Shown: in pieces, positions 1 through 8,207 of the stretch
Numbering within the stretch: position 1 is the stretch's first letter
Layout: every line of letters starts with the position of its first letter
Source of the DNA: an uncultured Gammaproteobacteria bacterium
Lineage (GTDB): Bacteria; Patescibacteriota; Microgenomatia; UBA10105; UBA927
NCBI GenBank assembly: GCA_964609895.1
Contig: CAZSTG010000001.1
Location: 59,202-123,201, forward strand
Reading direction: 5' to 3'
DNA length: 64,000 bases
Notes under the pieces: generated by a model
Seen by the model: only the letters and a program-made list of their open reading frames with translations
The model's database searches: none
Told to the model about the DNA's origin: nothing
Position numbers and translations under genes: made by a program

Positions 1-250
1 GCGCTTTCTTTACCCAGTCTACCTTGATATGTGCCTGCAGAGTCAGATAGGACTTGATTGCCGAGTAGGCAAGCGTAAAGGATTTGTAAAACCAATAGAC
101 GTCGAAGGTAATGATGAGATAGGCAACCAGAGCAGGATGCCAGAATGACAGCCATAACGGCATGGTAATAAACGCCCATGAAGTGAGGGGGATCATGATC
201 TCCAGCAGGCGCTGTGTCTTATTCGGATAGAGAAGAAACAATTGGCGCAT
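1..250 (-). CDS. Partial CDS (N-terminal ~83 aa; continues past the window start) of a hydrophobic membrane protein immediately downstream of the GT2 gene. Possibly a GT-C/ArnT-like partner.
   Basis: Manual translation of the minus strand from ATG at 250: MRQLFLLYPNKTQRLLEIMIPLTSWAFITMPLWLSFWHPALVAYLIITFDVYWFYKSF..., with no stop before the window edge. It is not in the ORF track because it runs off the edge. Function is a guess. Confidence 0.4.
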   Translation of the reverse strand, partial: MRQLFLLYPNKTQRLLEIMIPLTSWAFITMPLWLSFWHPALVAYLIITFDVYWFYKSFTLAYSAIKSYLTLQAHIKVDWVKKA

Positions 251-287
251 ACGGATAACCTTTGTATTGTACCACGGACAAACGGTT

Positions 288-980
288 TTAACGAACTTCA
301 GGGAAGCCGATATCTGCTTTGCGAAACAGGAAATATTGGGTAAAAACTTTGATTTCTCTCCATAAGAGTCCTTTTTCAAATCCACGTCTTCCTGATGCCG
401 ATACGGTATCCTGTAGCGAAAAAATGATTTTTCCGACGGTCATGAGCCTTCTGGCAATTTCTATATCTTCCGCCATTTTAAAATTTTCCGGAATTCCTCC
501 AACGGTAAGCGCTTTATTTTTGTAAAATGCCATATTTTGTCCTGTGGTCATAGGAATACGGAACAGCACCCATATAAACCAGTTTGCAATCGGCTGTAGA
601 TAATTGATGAGAAAGAGATAAAAAGGTGGTCCATCGAACAGATGCACCCTTCCGAAATAACCGACTACATTTGGTTTTGTAAGTGCGCGTTCGATACGAT
701 TAAGCCAATCATGAGGAAGTATTGCATCGGCATCGGTGAATGCAACGACATCTCCTGTTGCCGCCTCAATACCTTTTTGTCTGGAAAAACCGATTGTTTT
801 TTTGGTCACTGTAATGACGCGTGCACCAGCCTTTTTTGCGACCTCCGCCGTTTTATCTGTGGAGGATGCATCAACGATAAGCACTTCATCCGGTTTTCTG
901 TCTAATGAAAAAATGGTCTCCAGTGTTTTTGGGAGCAATTTTTCTTCGTTTAAGGCAGGGATGACGACGGATATTTTCAT
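288..980 (-). CDS. Family 2 glycosyltransferase (polyprenyl-phosphate sugar transferase-like, DPM1/ArnC-like)
   Basis: MKISVVIPALNEE...LIVDASSTDKT...FTDADAI: GT2 N-terminal DxD-type signature. The start is placed at ATG 978-980 rather than the upstream TTG at 998. Confidence 0.8.
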   Translation of the reverse strand: MKISVVIPALNEEKLLPKTLETIFSLDRKPDEVLIVDASSTDKTAEVAKKAGARVITVTKKTIGFSRQKGIEAATGDVVAFTDADAILPHDWLNRIERALTKPNVVGYFGRVHLFDGPPFYLFLINYLQPIANWFIWVLFRIPMTTGQNMAFYKNKALTVGGIPENFKMAEDIEIARRLMTVGKIIFSLQDTVSASGRRGFEKGLLWREIKVFTQYFLFRKADIGFPEVR

Positions 981-1030
981 ATATATCAATACTAGCAAAA
1001 TTATAACGGAATACCCAGCGGTGATATACT

Positions 1031-2314
1031 ATGGACATGATTACAGAAGGATTGACGCCCAAAATGGAGCGAATTCAGGGGGAACGGTTTGGGGCGGAGG
1101 GACTCTTTGCATTAAGCAAATTTATTATTCCCATCCAGACAGAGACCGTCGGGAAAATTGATTACACGGCACATATCATCAGAAGAGCGGAAAACCCACA
1201 GCTTGGTGCGGAACTTGCTCGGGGAGAAAAACGGCAGATGATCATGCTTTCCGGACTTGACACTTCGGGTCAGGATTGGCTTCGGATGGCTTCACAACTG
1301 ATGACGGATATGCCGGATGTGGAACAGCTGACGCTGCTTGATCACCCGTCCACCTCCGGCGTACGGCATGAACGAAGGGATGTTGCAATTAATACCACCT
1401 CATTTGAGAATTCAGCAAAAGTTATCTCTACTGCAATGGAGCGACTGGTCGAACAGGGTGAGATGAAGACCGGACAGATTGCCATCGGTATTTCCACAGG
1501 AAGCGCAGTACTTGAGGAACTGGTTGCACTTAATCCGAAAATGATTGACATTATGGTGCTTTGTGCGCCTGCAAGTATGCTCGATAGAACAGAAGAAAAA
1601 ATGATGAAAGGCGGTGCTCATGGAGGTACAGAATATTTAAAACAGTTTTTTACTGATCTTTTGAGAAGAATTCCAGAAAGACATTTGAAACCGAAATCAG
1701 AACGGAGCCCCGTCGCCCCAGTTGCCGTTGTAAAATCTATTCCAGAGGCAGCAAAAGGCATCATACCTGCTGATGATCTCAAAAAGATTCGATTTCAAAA
1801 CTTTGCTTTTGAAGGCGCGTTTTCTATCGGAAGAAAATTCCCTCGTTTTTGGCAACACTTTACCGGTATGTGGGGCGACAGTAATCCACACGTTCCTATA
1901 ATACAAGCAGATTACAAAAAAGATCTTGCGCTCGTTTCAAAAAACACGACAGAAAAAGCAAGGGAACAAATATCAGGAAAAAAAGTTGTTGTTGTGTTGG
2001 GTGTGGATGATCAGGCTGTTCCACCTGCGGAGTTTTTGTTGGAAGAAGACAAAAGACAACTTGAAACAATTGCTGATCAAAATGAAAAATCGGAAAAAAC
2101 AATCGACACAATTATTTCCAGAGTAAAAGGGAAGTTCAAAAATAATGTTGATACAACAGTTGTACTTGCGGTGGGAGGTCCAGATACACACGTTGGCATA
2201 AAAACAAACACGGAAGTATATGGACCGGTTATTGCCAATATTTTGGAGCCGATTGTGCCAAAATTGTCACTTTCAGGCGACTCGCTTAAACAATGGTTTG
2301 GAAAAAGTAATTAA
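1031..2314 (+). CDS. Hypothetical protein, alpha/beta-hydrolase-like (GxSxG nucleophile elbow 'GISTGS')
   Basis: 427 aa ORF with a G-I-S-T-G-S motif followed by a hydrophobic strand. No confident family assignment. Confidence 0.5.
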   Translation: MDMITEGLTPKMERIQGERFGAEGLFALSKFIIPIQTETVGKIDYTAHIIRRAENPQLGAELARGEKRQMIMLSGLDTSGQDWLRMASQLMTDMPDVEQLTLLDHPSTSGVRHERRDVAINTTSFENSAKVISTAMERLVEQGEMKTGQIAIGISTGSAVLEELVALNPKMIDIMVLCAPASMLDRTEEKMMKGGAHGGTEYLKQFFTDLLRRIPERHLKPKSERSPVAPVAVVKSIPEAAKGIIPADDLKKIRFQNFAFEGAFSIGRKFPRFWQHFTGMWGDSNPHVPIIQADYKKDLALVSKNTTEKAREQISGKKVVVVLGVDDQAVPPAEFLLEEDKRQLETIADQNEKSEKTIDTIISRVKGKFKNNVDTTVVLAVGGPDTHVGIKTNTEVYGPVIANILEPIVPKLSLSGDSLKQWFGKSN

Positions 2315-3078
2315 GAAAGTGTAAAAAGTGTCTCTGCATTTTTTGTCGTTTGTTCTTCAACAATCTGTATATCTATGTTTTGAAGTTTTGCAACAGTTTT
2401 GGCAATCAGCGGAACATATTTTGGTTCAGAACGCTGTCCTCGATGTCCTTCCGGAGGAAGATATGGTGAATCAGTTTCAAGGAGTAGTCTGTTAAGGGGA
2501 ATGGATGGAATCACCATCGCTAATTGTTTTGAATAGGTGGCATTTCCATCAAGGCCTATATAGAATCCGCGTTCAGTGATGTTTCTGATGTCTGCCAGTC
2601 CGCCCGAAAAACAGTGAAACACGCCATGCGGCATTGACGGCAGACTGTCGAGTACGTCAAAGATATCATCAAATGCATCTCTGCTGTGGATGATGACGGG
2701 CAGATTCAATTCGAGTGCAACGCGAAGCTGCATTTCAAAAAGTTGTTTCTGTTCCTCTTTTTTTCCGGTTGCGGGGTATTCTCCGTACGGATGGTAATCA
2801 AGTCCGCATTCACCGATGGCAACGTTGGTTTTGGTGATGAGTTTTTTTATGTCATTCGGAGAAAATTTATCCATCGCATTATACGGATGGATGCCGACGG
2901 CGGAATAAATGACACTGGGATTTGCAGCGGCAAGTGTCGCAGCACTAATGGACGTTTTGATGTCATCTCCCGGATTGATAAACTTTTTCACTCCTGCTTT
3001 TTTGGCGTTGCCGATCACCATCGCGCGGTCTTCATCGAAATTGGAAAAGTTGAGATGACAATGTGTATCGATAAACAT
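2311..3078 (-). CDS. tatD: TatD-family metal-dependent DNase/hydrolase
   Basis: MFIDTHCHLNF... canonical TatD N-terminus (HxH), ...GLDYH..., ...ETDSPYL. The start is set at ATG 3076-3078. Confidence 0.85.
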   Translation of the reverse strand: MFIDTHCHLNFSNFDEDRAMVIGNAKKAGVKKFINPGDDIKTSISAATLAAANPSVIYSAVGIHPYNAMDKFSPNDIKKLITKTNVAIGECGLDYHPYGEYPATGKKEEQKQLFEMQLRVALELNLPVIIHSRDAFDDIFDVLDSLPSMPHGVFHCFSGGLADIRNITERGFYIGLDGNATYSKQLAMVIPSIPLNRLLLETDSPYLPPEGHRGQRSEPKYVPLIAKTVAKLQNIDIQIVEEQTTKNAETLFTLS

Positions 3079-3088
3079 AACAGAATAA

Positions 3089-3128
3089 TACCAATAAATA
3101 CCAATAAGTACCAATAATTCAATAAATT
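3089..3128. repeat. 10-bp tandem repeat (TACCAATAAN x ~3.5) between the metG stop and the tatD start
   Basis: Plus strand reads taccaataaa|taccaataag|taccaataat|tcaataaatt. It shares a 15-nt core (atttattgaattatt on the opposite strand) and ttattggtatttattg with the region 53557-53615. Confidence 0.7.
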
Positions 3129-4554
3129 AGATGATGCGTGGAAACAGAGGTGTTTGAGACTGAATAGTGGGGCCTTTAAATTGGTTTAGTATTTTCTCCG
3201 CTGTTTCCGGAAGAAACGGCTGTAATTGCACAGCAATGGAGTGAATATTCTCAATTGTTGGAATAAGAGTTTTTTGCAGTTCATCTCCGGATAATGTCCA
3301 TGGTTTTTTGTCGTTCATATATTGATCCGTTTCTTTTATTTTTTCCCAAATAATTGAAAGTGCGTCATGTAAACGAAATTCTTCAATCGCTTTTTTATAA
3401 TCATTGGTATACATGTCCACATATTTCGCATTTAGCATTGGCCATGTAGCATTACCTGCGAGTTTAGCAATCCTTGATATAAGATTTCCCAAACCATTTG
3501 CGAGATCTGAGTTGTAGAGTTCCTTAAATCTTCGTTCGGAAAAATCTCCGTCAGCAAATGTCGGCAGTTCCCGAAGGAAATAGTAGCGCAGGCTTTCTGC
3601 GCCGTATTTTTCAATGAGTGTAACCGGATCAACGATGTTACCGACAGTTTTGCTCATCTTCTGTCCGTCGACGGTGAAGTATCCATGTACCAAAATTGTC
3701 TTTGGCAACGCAAGTCCCGCGGAGAGCAGAAATGCCGGCCAGTAAATCGCATGAAACCTATTGATACCTTTGCCGATGACATGAACATCGGCGGGCCACC
3801 ACTTTTTGTATTGTTTCTCGTCCCATCCGAAACCGACGCCCGACTGATAGATATTGAGCGCGTCAAACCACACATACATCCGTTGCGAGTTATCATCTGG
3901 CACTGGCACGCCCCAGTTTTTTGCCCGTTCATTGCTTCTGGAAATGCTGATATCTTGCAGTGGTTGTTTCAGGAATGCGAGCACCTCATTTTTTCTTGTT
4001 TCAGGAACAATACGAAGCGTATCTGATGTGACAAGATCTATAATTTGTTTTTGATATGTGGACAGCCGGAAAAAATAATTTTCTTCTTTCACGAGTTCGA
4101 GTTTTTTCCCAGGATGCTCGAAACATTCACCTTGGTTGTTCAGTTCGTCTTTCGTATAGTATTGTTCGCACCCGACACAATACAAACCCTCATAGGATTT
4201 TTTGTAGATGTCATGTTCGCAGAGTTTCCACAGTTTTTGGCTTGCTTTATAGTGATGTTCTTTATCGCTGCCTTTCTGGAATACATCAAACTGAACATTG
4301 AGTTTTTTGGCGAGCTCTCGGAACAGAACTGAGTTTTTGTCGATAAATTCCTGAAGCGGTACACCTGCTTTTTCCGCGGCCTGCACATTTTTCAGGGCAT
4401 TTTCGTCGCCGCCCGAGAGTAGGCATGTGTCATCACCCAACAGCCGGTGTGTGCGTGCAATGGTATCCGCCTGCACAAATTCCAGTGCATGACCTACGTG
4501 GGGAGCTGCGTTGACATACGGGATTGCTGTGGTGATATAAAACTTGTCTGCCAT
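3127..4554 (-). CDS. metG: Methionyl-tRNA synthetase (short form, 475 aa, no C-terminal tRNA-binding extension)
   Basis: MADKFYITTAIPYVNAAPHVGHALE (HIGH-type motif) ... KMSKT (KMSKS motif). Class I aaRS. Confidence 0.92.
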   Translation of the reverse strand: MADKFYITTAIPYVNAAPHVGHALEFVQADTIARTHRLLGDDTCLLSGGDENALKNVQAAEKAGVPLQEFIDKNSVLFRELAKKLNVQFDVFQKGSDKEHHYKASQKLWKLCEHDIYKKSYEGLYCVGCEQYYTKDELNNQGECFEHPGKKLELVKEENYFFRLSTYQKQIIDLVTSDTLRIVPETRKNEVLAFLKQPLQDISISRSNERAKNWGVPVPDDNSQRMYVWFDALNIYQSGVGFGWDEKQYKKWWPADVHVIGKGINRFHAIYWPAFLLSAGLALPKTILVHGYFTVDGQKMSKTVGNIVDPVTLIEKYGAESLRYYFLRELPTFADGDFSERRFKELYNSDLANGLGNLISRIAKLAGNATWPMLNAKYVDMYTNDYKKAIEEFRLHDALSIIWEKIKETDQYMNDKKPWTLSGDELQKTLIPTIENIHSIAVQLQPFLPETAEKILNQFKGPTIQSQTPLFPRII

Positions 4555-4598
4555 AGTTTGTATTATACAGCCTTTGTTTATTTCTCGGGTGATATAAT

Positions 4599-4880
4599 GT
4601 GCTCATGCTCACATTTGCCGTTGTCATCGGATTTCTGACGACCGTCATGACCGTCCTCATTAAAGTGGTCGGCTTTCCCGATCAGATTAAGAAGAATTAC
4701 CAGAGAAAATCGACAGAAGGGATTTCCGCGCTGTTTTATATCATGTCATTTGCCACCTATATATTATGGACATTGCACGGCATCATGCAAAAAGACTGGG
4801 TGGTCATTCTCGGACAGGGGCTTGGAATTATTACCACAGGAATTATTGTTTATCAGATCCTTCTTTATAGGAAAAAGTGA
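4599..4880 (+). CDS. Small membrane protein with an LAB_N-like (lipid-A-disaccharide synthase N-terminal-like) domain
   Basis: ...ALFYIMSFATYILWTLHGIMQKDWVVILGQGLGIITTGIIVYQILLY resembles the LAB_N consensus with a conserved ILGQ. Three predicted TM helices. Confidence 0.55.
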   Translation: MLMLTFAVVIGFLTTVMTVLIKVVGFPDQIKKNYQRKSTEGISALFYIMSFATYILWTLHGIMQKDWVVILGQGLGIITTGIIVYQILLYRKK

Positions 4881-5216
4881 TCAATTTGTTCTCTTCCGTT
4901 CTCTTGGAGAGGTAAGCCGAAGCACAGCCAAGCAACACATGAACAGCAAAATTGCATAAAGCGGATGTCGCAGGTGGAGAAAACGGAGGAAAAAATACAT
5001 GACAATTCCGCCCGAGCATATGTACGACACTTTAACCGCAGCAAAGATGAACTGAAAAAGGGCAAACGAAAAACAGAAGAGCAGGACATAAAAGACTACG
5101 TGGGAGAATATGGTGTCTGGTGGCACGGAGATGACAAACCATGAAAAAAATGAAAGACACATAACGGCAAGAACGAGAAAACCGATATTTCTTTTTCTTG
5201 TGAGGAATCTGTTCAT
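4881..5216 (-). CDS. Hypothetical small membrane protein (111 aa)
   Basis: Shortened version of track ORF 4881..5429. From internal ATG 5214-5216: MNRFLTRKRNIGFLVLAVMCLSFF... (3 hydrophobic helices). The longer ORF would overlap the rmuC promoter and start. Confidence 0.35.
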   Translation of the reverse strand: MNRFLTRKRNIGFLVLAVMCLSFFSWFVISVPPDTIFSHVVFYVLLFCFSFALFQFIFAAVKVSYICSGGIVMYFFLRFLHLRHPLYAILLFMCCLAVLRLTSPRERKRTN

Positions 5217-5222
5217 ACCTGT

Positions 5223-5251
5223 ATTGTAACCCGAAAAGCGCAATGCTAGAA
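5223..5251 (+). promoter_or_regulatory. Sigma70-like promoter TTGTAA-17-TAGAAT directly upstream of rmuC (very short leader)
   Basis: ttgtaa (5223-5228), 17-nt spacer, tagaat (5246-5251). ATG at 5263. Confidence 0.5.
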
Positions 5252-5262
5252 TAGCCCTACCT

Positions 5263-6267
5263 ATGGAATTGCTTCCTGTCCTCCTCGTATTGGTTATTGG
5301 CATAGTCGTTATTGTTATTTTCCTTAAATCAGAATTGGCAAAAATTAAAAAACCGGATGAGAATACCGCGCTGATGCAGTGGTTGCAGTCCATGCAGGCA
5401 ACCATAGAGCATACAAACAAAACGCTCAATGAATCTATGCGCGGTCAGACAGGGGATGTCTCTCGACTGTTGGCGGCTAATTCCAGAGAGCTCAATGAGC
5501 GCCTTGATAGCGCGACACGGGTGATCGGAGACCTCAAACAACATCTTGGGGAAATGTCGGAGGTGGGAAAGGGTATCAGGAGTCTGCAGGAATTTCTGCA
5601 ATCGCCGAAACTTCGGGGGAATATCGGAGAACAGGTGTTGAGTGACATGATAGGACAGACGTTTCCGAAAAATGCATTTCATTTGCAGTACAGTTTTCGG
5701 TCGGGGGTAAAGGTGGATGCTGTGTTAAAAACCGATGCGGGATTGTTGTGCATTGATTCCAAATTTCCCATGGAGAATTTTTCCGTCGCCCACAACGGCG
5801 AAACGGAGAAAATGCGCGCAGAAGCAAAAAAACAATTCGCTGCTGACGTGAAGAAGCATATCACGGATATTGCCAAGAAATATATTCTTCCGGAAGAAGG
5901 CACAATGGATTTTGCGCTTATGTACATTCCTTCGGAATCCGTATACTACGACATTGTAAACAATGAATCGCTCATGGAGCTGGCGCGGAAGTCGCGCGTC
6001 TATTGTGTTTCTCCGAATACGCTGTATGCACATTTGCAGGTTCTTCTGTTGTCGTTTCAGGGAAAGGAAATGGAAAGCAAAACAAAAGAACTGTTTCAAC
6101 TGCTCCACGCGGTGGAAAAAGATTATGAAAAAATCAATGAACACGTTGGAACACTGGGAAAGCATGTAACCAATGCGTTTAACAGCATGAACACAGTCGC
6201 ATCCGGTTTTTCAACACTGGGTCAGAAACTGCAGAAAACAAAAGAACTTTCAGTCTCGGAAGAGTAA
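5263..6267 (+). CDS. rmuC: DNA recombination protein RmuC
   Basis: N-terminal TM helix, long coiled-coil region and a C-terminal nuclease-like domain (...FALMYIPSESVYYDIV...VSPNTLYA...). Architecture typical of RmuC. Confidence 0.75.
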   Translation: MELLPVLLVLVIGIVVIVIFLKSELAKIKKPDENTALMQWLQSMQATIEHTNKTLNESMRGQTGDVSRLLAANSRELNERLDSATRVIGDLKQHLGEMSEVGKGIRSLQEFLQSPKLRGNIGEQVLSDMIGQTFPKNAFHLQYSFRSGVKVDAVLKTDAGLLCIDSKFPMENFSVAHNGETEKMRAEAKKQFAADVKKHITDIAKKYILPEEGTMDFALMYIPSESVYYDIVNNESLMELARKSRVYCVSPNTLYAHLQVLLLSFQGKEMESKTKELFQLLHAVEKDYEKINEHVGTLGKHVTNAFNSMNTVASGFSTLGQKLQKTKELSVSEE

Positions 6268-6290
6268 AATATTGTATACTAAGGCCTCAT

Positions 6291-7550
6291 ATGCTCCGTA
6301 GGGTAAAACATAGAATTGCCAGTTTCATGCCTGCGCTCCGGTCTCCCAACTACCGGCTGTTTTTTGTGGGACAAGGCATATCCCTTGTCGGTTCATGGAT
6401 GCAGTCCGTGGCCGAACAATGGCTTGTGTATCCGGTGTTAACTACGAATCAGGCACTCCTCGGATACATCAGTATTGTGAATATGATTCCAACATTGCTG
6501 TTTGTTTTGTTTGCGGGTGTGTTGGTTGACCGAATGAACAAACGGAACATGTTTATAGGATTCCAGATCATCTACGCCGCCATTGCATTTTCCCTGTATC
6601 TGCTCATCGTGACGCATCATATACAGCTATGGCATATTTTCGCGGCGGCCGCCATCGGGGGCATCATTTTTTCTTTTGAAAATCCGACACGGCAGACGTT
6701 TATGATGGAGCTTGTTGAAAAACAACATTTGCCATCAGCAATGTCGTTGTCTTCGGCGTTGTTTAATACCGCACGCGCCATTGGACCTGCTATTGCGGGT
6801 ATTGTTATTGCGACTCTTGGCATTGCCCCAGCATATTTCATAAACAGCATTAGTTTTTTTGCCGTGATTACTAGTTTGTTGTTTATGAAGTTTCCTAAAC
6901 AGCAACAGGAGGAGGATAAAGAAGTGAAGCCGTTTTTTGAAGGATTAAAAGAGGGATTAGTCTACATCAAAACGCATAAGGTGTACCTTGCAATTCTTGC
7001 GATCGTTGGAACGATGACATTTTTTAGCTGGCCCGCCTCCATTTTACAGCCAGTATTTGCGCACGATATTTTTAAAAAAGGAGAACTCGGGTTTGGTCTG
7101 ATACAAAGTTCATTTGGTATTGGTGCCATGATGGGAGGGATCACATTCTCCAAGATATTTGAAAAACTCAAATACAAACACCGGTTACTGTTTATTGCAA
7201 TTGCCGTTGAAGTGTTGATGATGATTGGTTATGTGTGGTCTCCATGGTTTTGGCTTGCCTTGGTGTTTCAGATGATAGGAGGGTGGGCAATCTCAACAAC
7301 ATACTCCATCTGCGGAACGCTCATGATTATAGCTATTCCTGATTACTTACGCGGAAGATTCTCCAGTATTTATACATTTGTCTTTATGGGATGTATGCCG
7401 TTTGGTGCAATGCTTTCCAGTTTGCTTGTTGGCATCTTAGGTCCTCAAGTGCTTGTAACACTGTGTGCAATTGGGATTGCAGTAACAATTACAGTACTCA
7501 TAACAGGACTCAAAGGGAAGTTCCAAGAAAAAATCGCCGCGATGGTATAA
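6291..7550 (+). CDS. MFS transporter (12-TM)
   Basis: 419 aa, multiple hydrophobic helices, MFS-like loop motif ...GVLVDRMNKR... Confidence 0.8.
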   Translation: MLRRVKHRIASFMPALRSPNYRLFFVGQGISLVGSWMQSVAEQWLVYPVLTTNQALLGYISIVNMIPTLLFVLFAGVLVDRMNKRNMFIGFQIIYAAIAFSLYLLIVTHHIQLWHIFAAAAIGGIIFSFENPTRQTFMMELVEKQHLPSAMSLSSALFNTARAIGPAIAGIVIATLGIAPAYFINSISFFAVITSLLFMKFPKQQQEEDKEVKPFFEGLKEGLVYIKTHKVYLAILAIVGTMTFFSWPASILQPVFAHDIFKKGELGFGLIQSSFGIGAMMGGITFSKIFEKLKYKHRLLFIAIAVEVLMMIGYVWSPWFWLALVFQMIGGWAISTTYSICGTLMIIAIPDYLRGRFSSIYTFVFMGCMPFGAMLSSLLVGILGPQVLVTLCAIGIAVTITVLITGLKGKFQEKIAAMV

Positions 7551-7557
7551 TATTTGT

Positions 7558-8181
7558 ATGAAATTTGTTATCGTTCATGGTGCATTTGGTTCCATAAAAG
7601 AAAATTGGTTTTCAGATTTACAAAACGATTTATTAGCCCTTGGTCAAGAGGTTATTCTTCCACAATTTCCAGTTGATGATTGGGATAAGATAACAAACGC
7701 TGGCCCAACAATTCCACAAGAACACCAGTATCTAAAAAACTGGTTGGCCACATTTGAGCCTATTGCAAAAACATGTAAACCAACAGATCAACTATGTTTT
7801 ATTGGTCATTCATTGGGTCCAGTTTTTATTCTTCATGTTGTTGAACAATTTCAATTACAACTCAACAGTGCAATTTTTGTCAGTCCGTTTATGGAATCGC
7901 TTCATTCTAAAGAATACTGGCAATTTGATCACGTTAATGATAGTTTTTATAAAAAAGATTTTGATTTTGCAGCAATGAAAAAACAAATCCCATTTTCTTA
8001 CGTAGTTTATTCAGATAATGATCCATATGTTGATAAAAAATTCCCCTTAGCATTTGCTGCATCACTTGGAAGTTCTTTGATACCAGTTGTCAACGCGGGT
8101 CATGTAAGTAATCCAAGGTATGAGTCATTATTACTTGAATTGTGTAAGACGAGAATAGATATAGCTTCATACTCGAAATAA
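7558..8181 (+). CDS. Alpha/beta-hydrolase, serine hydrolase (RBBP9/YdeN-like)
   Basis: MKFVIVHG...FIGHSLG (GHSLG nucleophile motif)...DNDPYV. The gene is distinctly AT-rich compared with its neighbours. Confidence 0.7.
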   Translation: MKFVIVHGAFGSIKENWFSDLQNDLLALGQEVILPQFPVDDWDKITNAGPTIPQEHQYLKNWLATFEPIAKTCKPTDQLCFIGHSLGPVFILHVVEQFQLQLNSAIFVSPFMESLHSKEYWQFDHVNDSFYKKDFDFAAMKKQIPFSYVVYSDNDPYVDKKFPLAFAASLGSSLIPVVNAGHVSNPRYESLLLELCKTRIDIASYSK

Positions 8182-8207
8182 CTATTCGGTGTTATAATCT
8201 TTTCACT

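Noticed and set aside
3089-3128. Possible CRISPR array
   Set aside because: Repeat unit is only 10 bp with no spacers. No cas genes in the window. Not CRISPR-like.
4881-5429. Long 182-aa minus-strand ORF overlapping the rmuC start and promoter
   Set aside because: Its N-terminal 70 aa are low-complexity and overlap a well-supported promoter and rmuC start. Only the shorter hydrophobic ORF from ATG 5216 is plausibly real.
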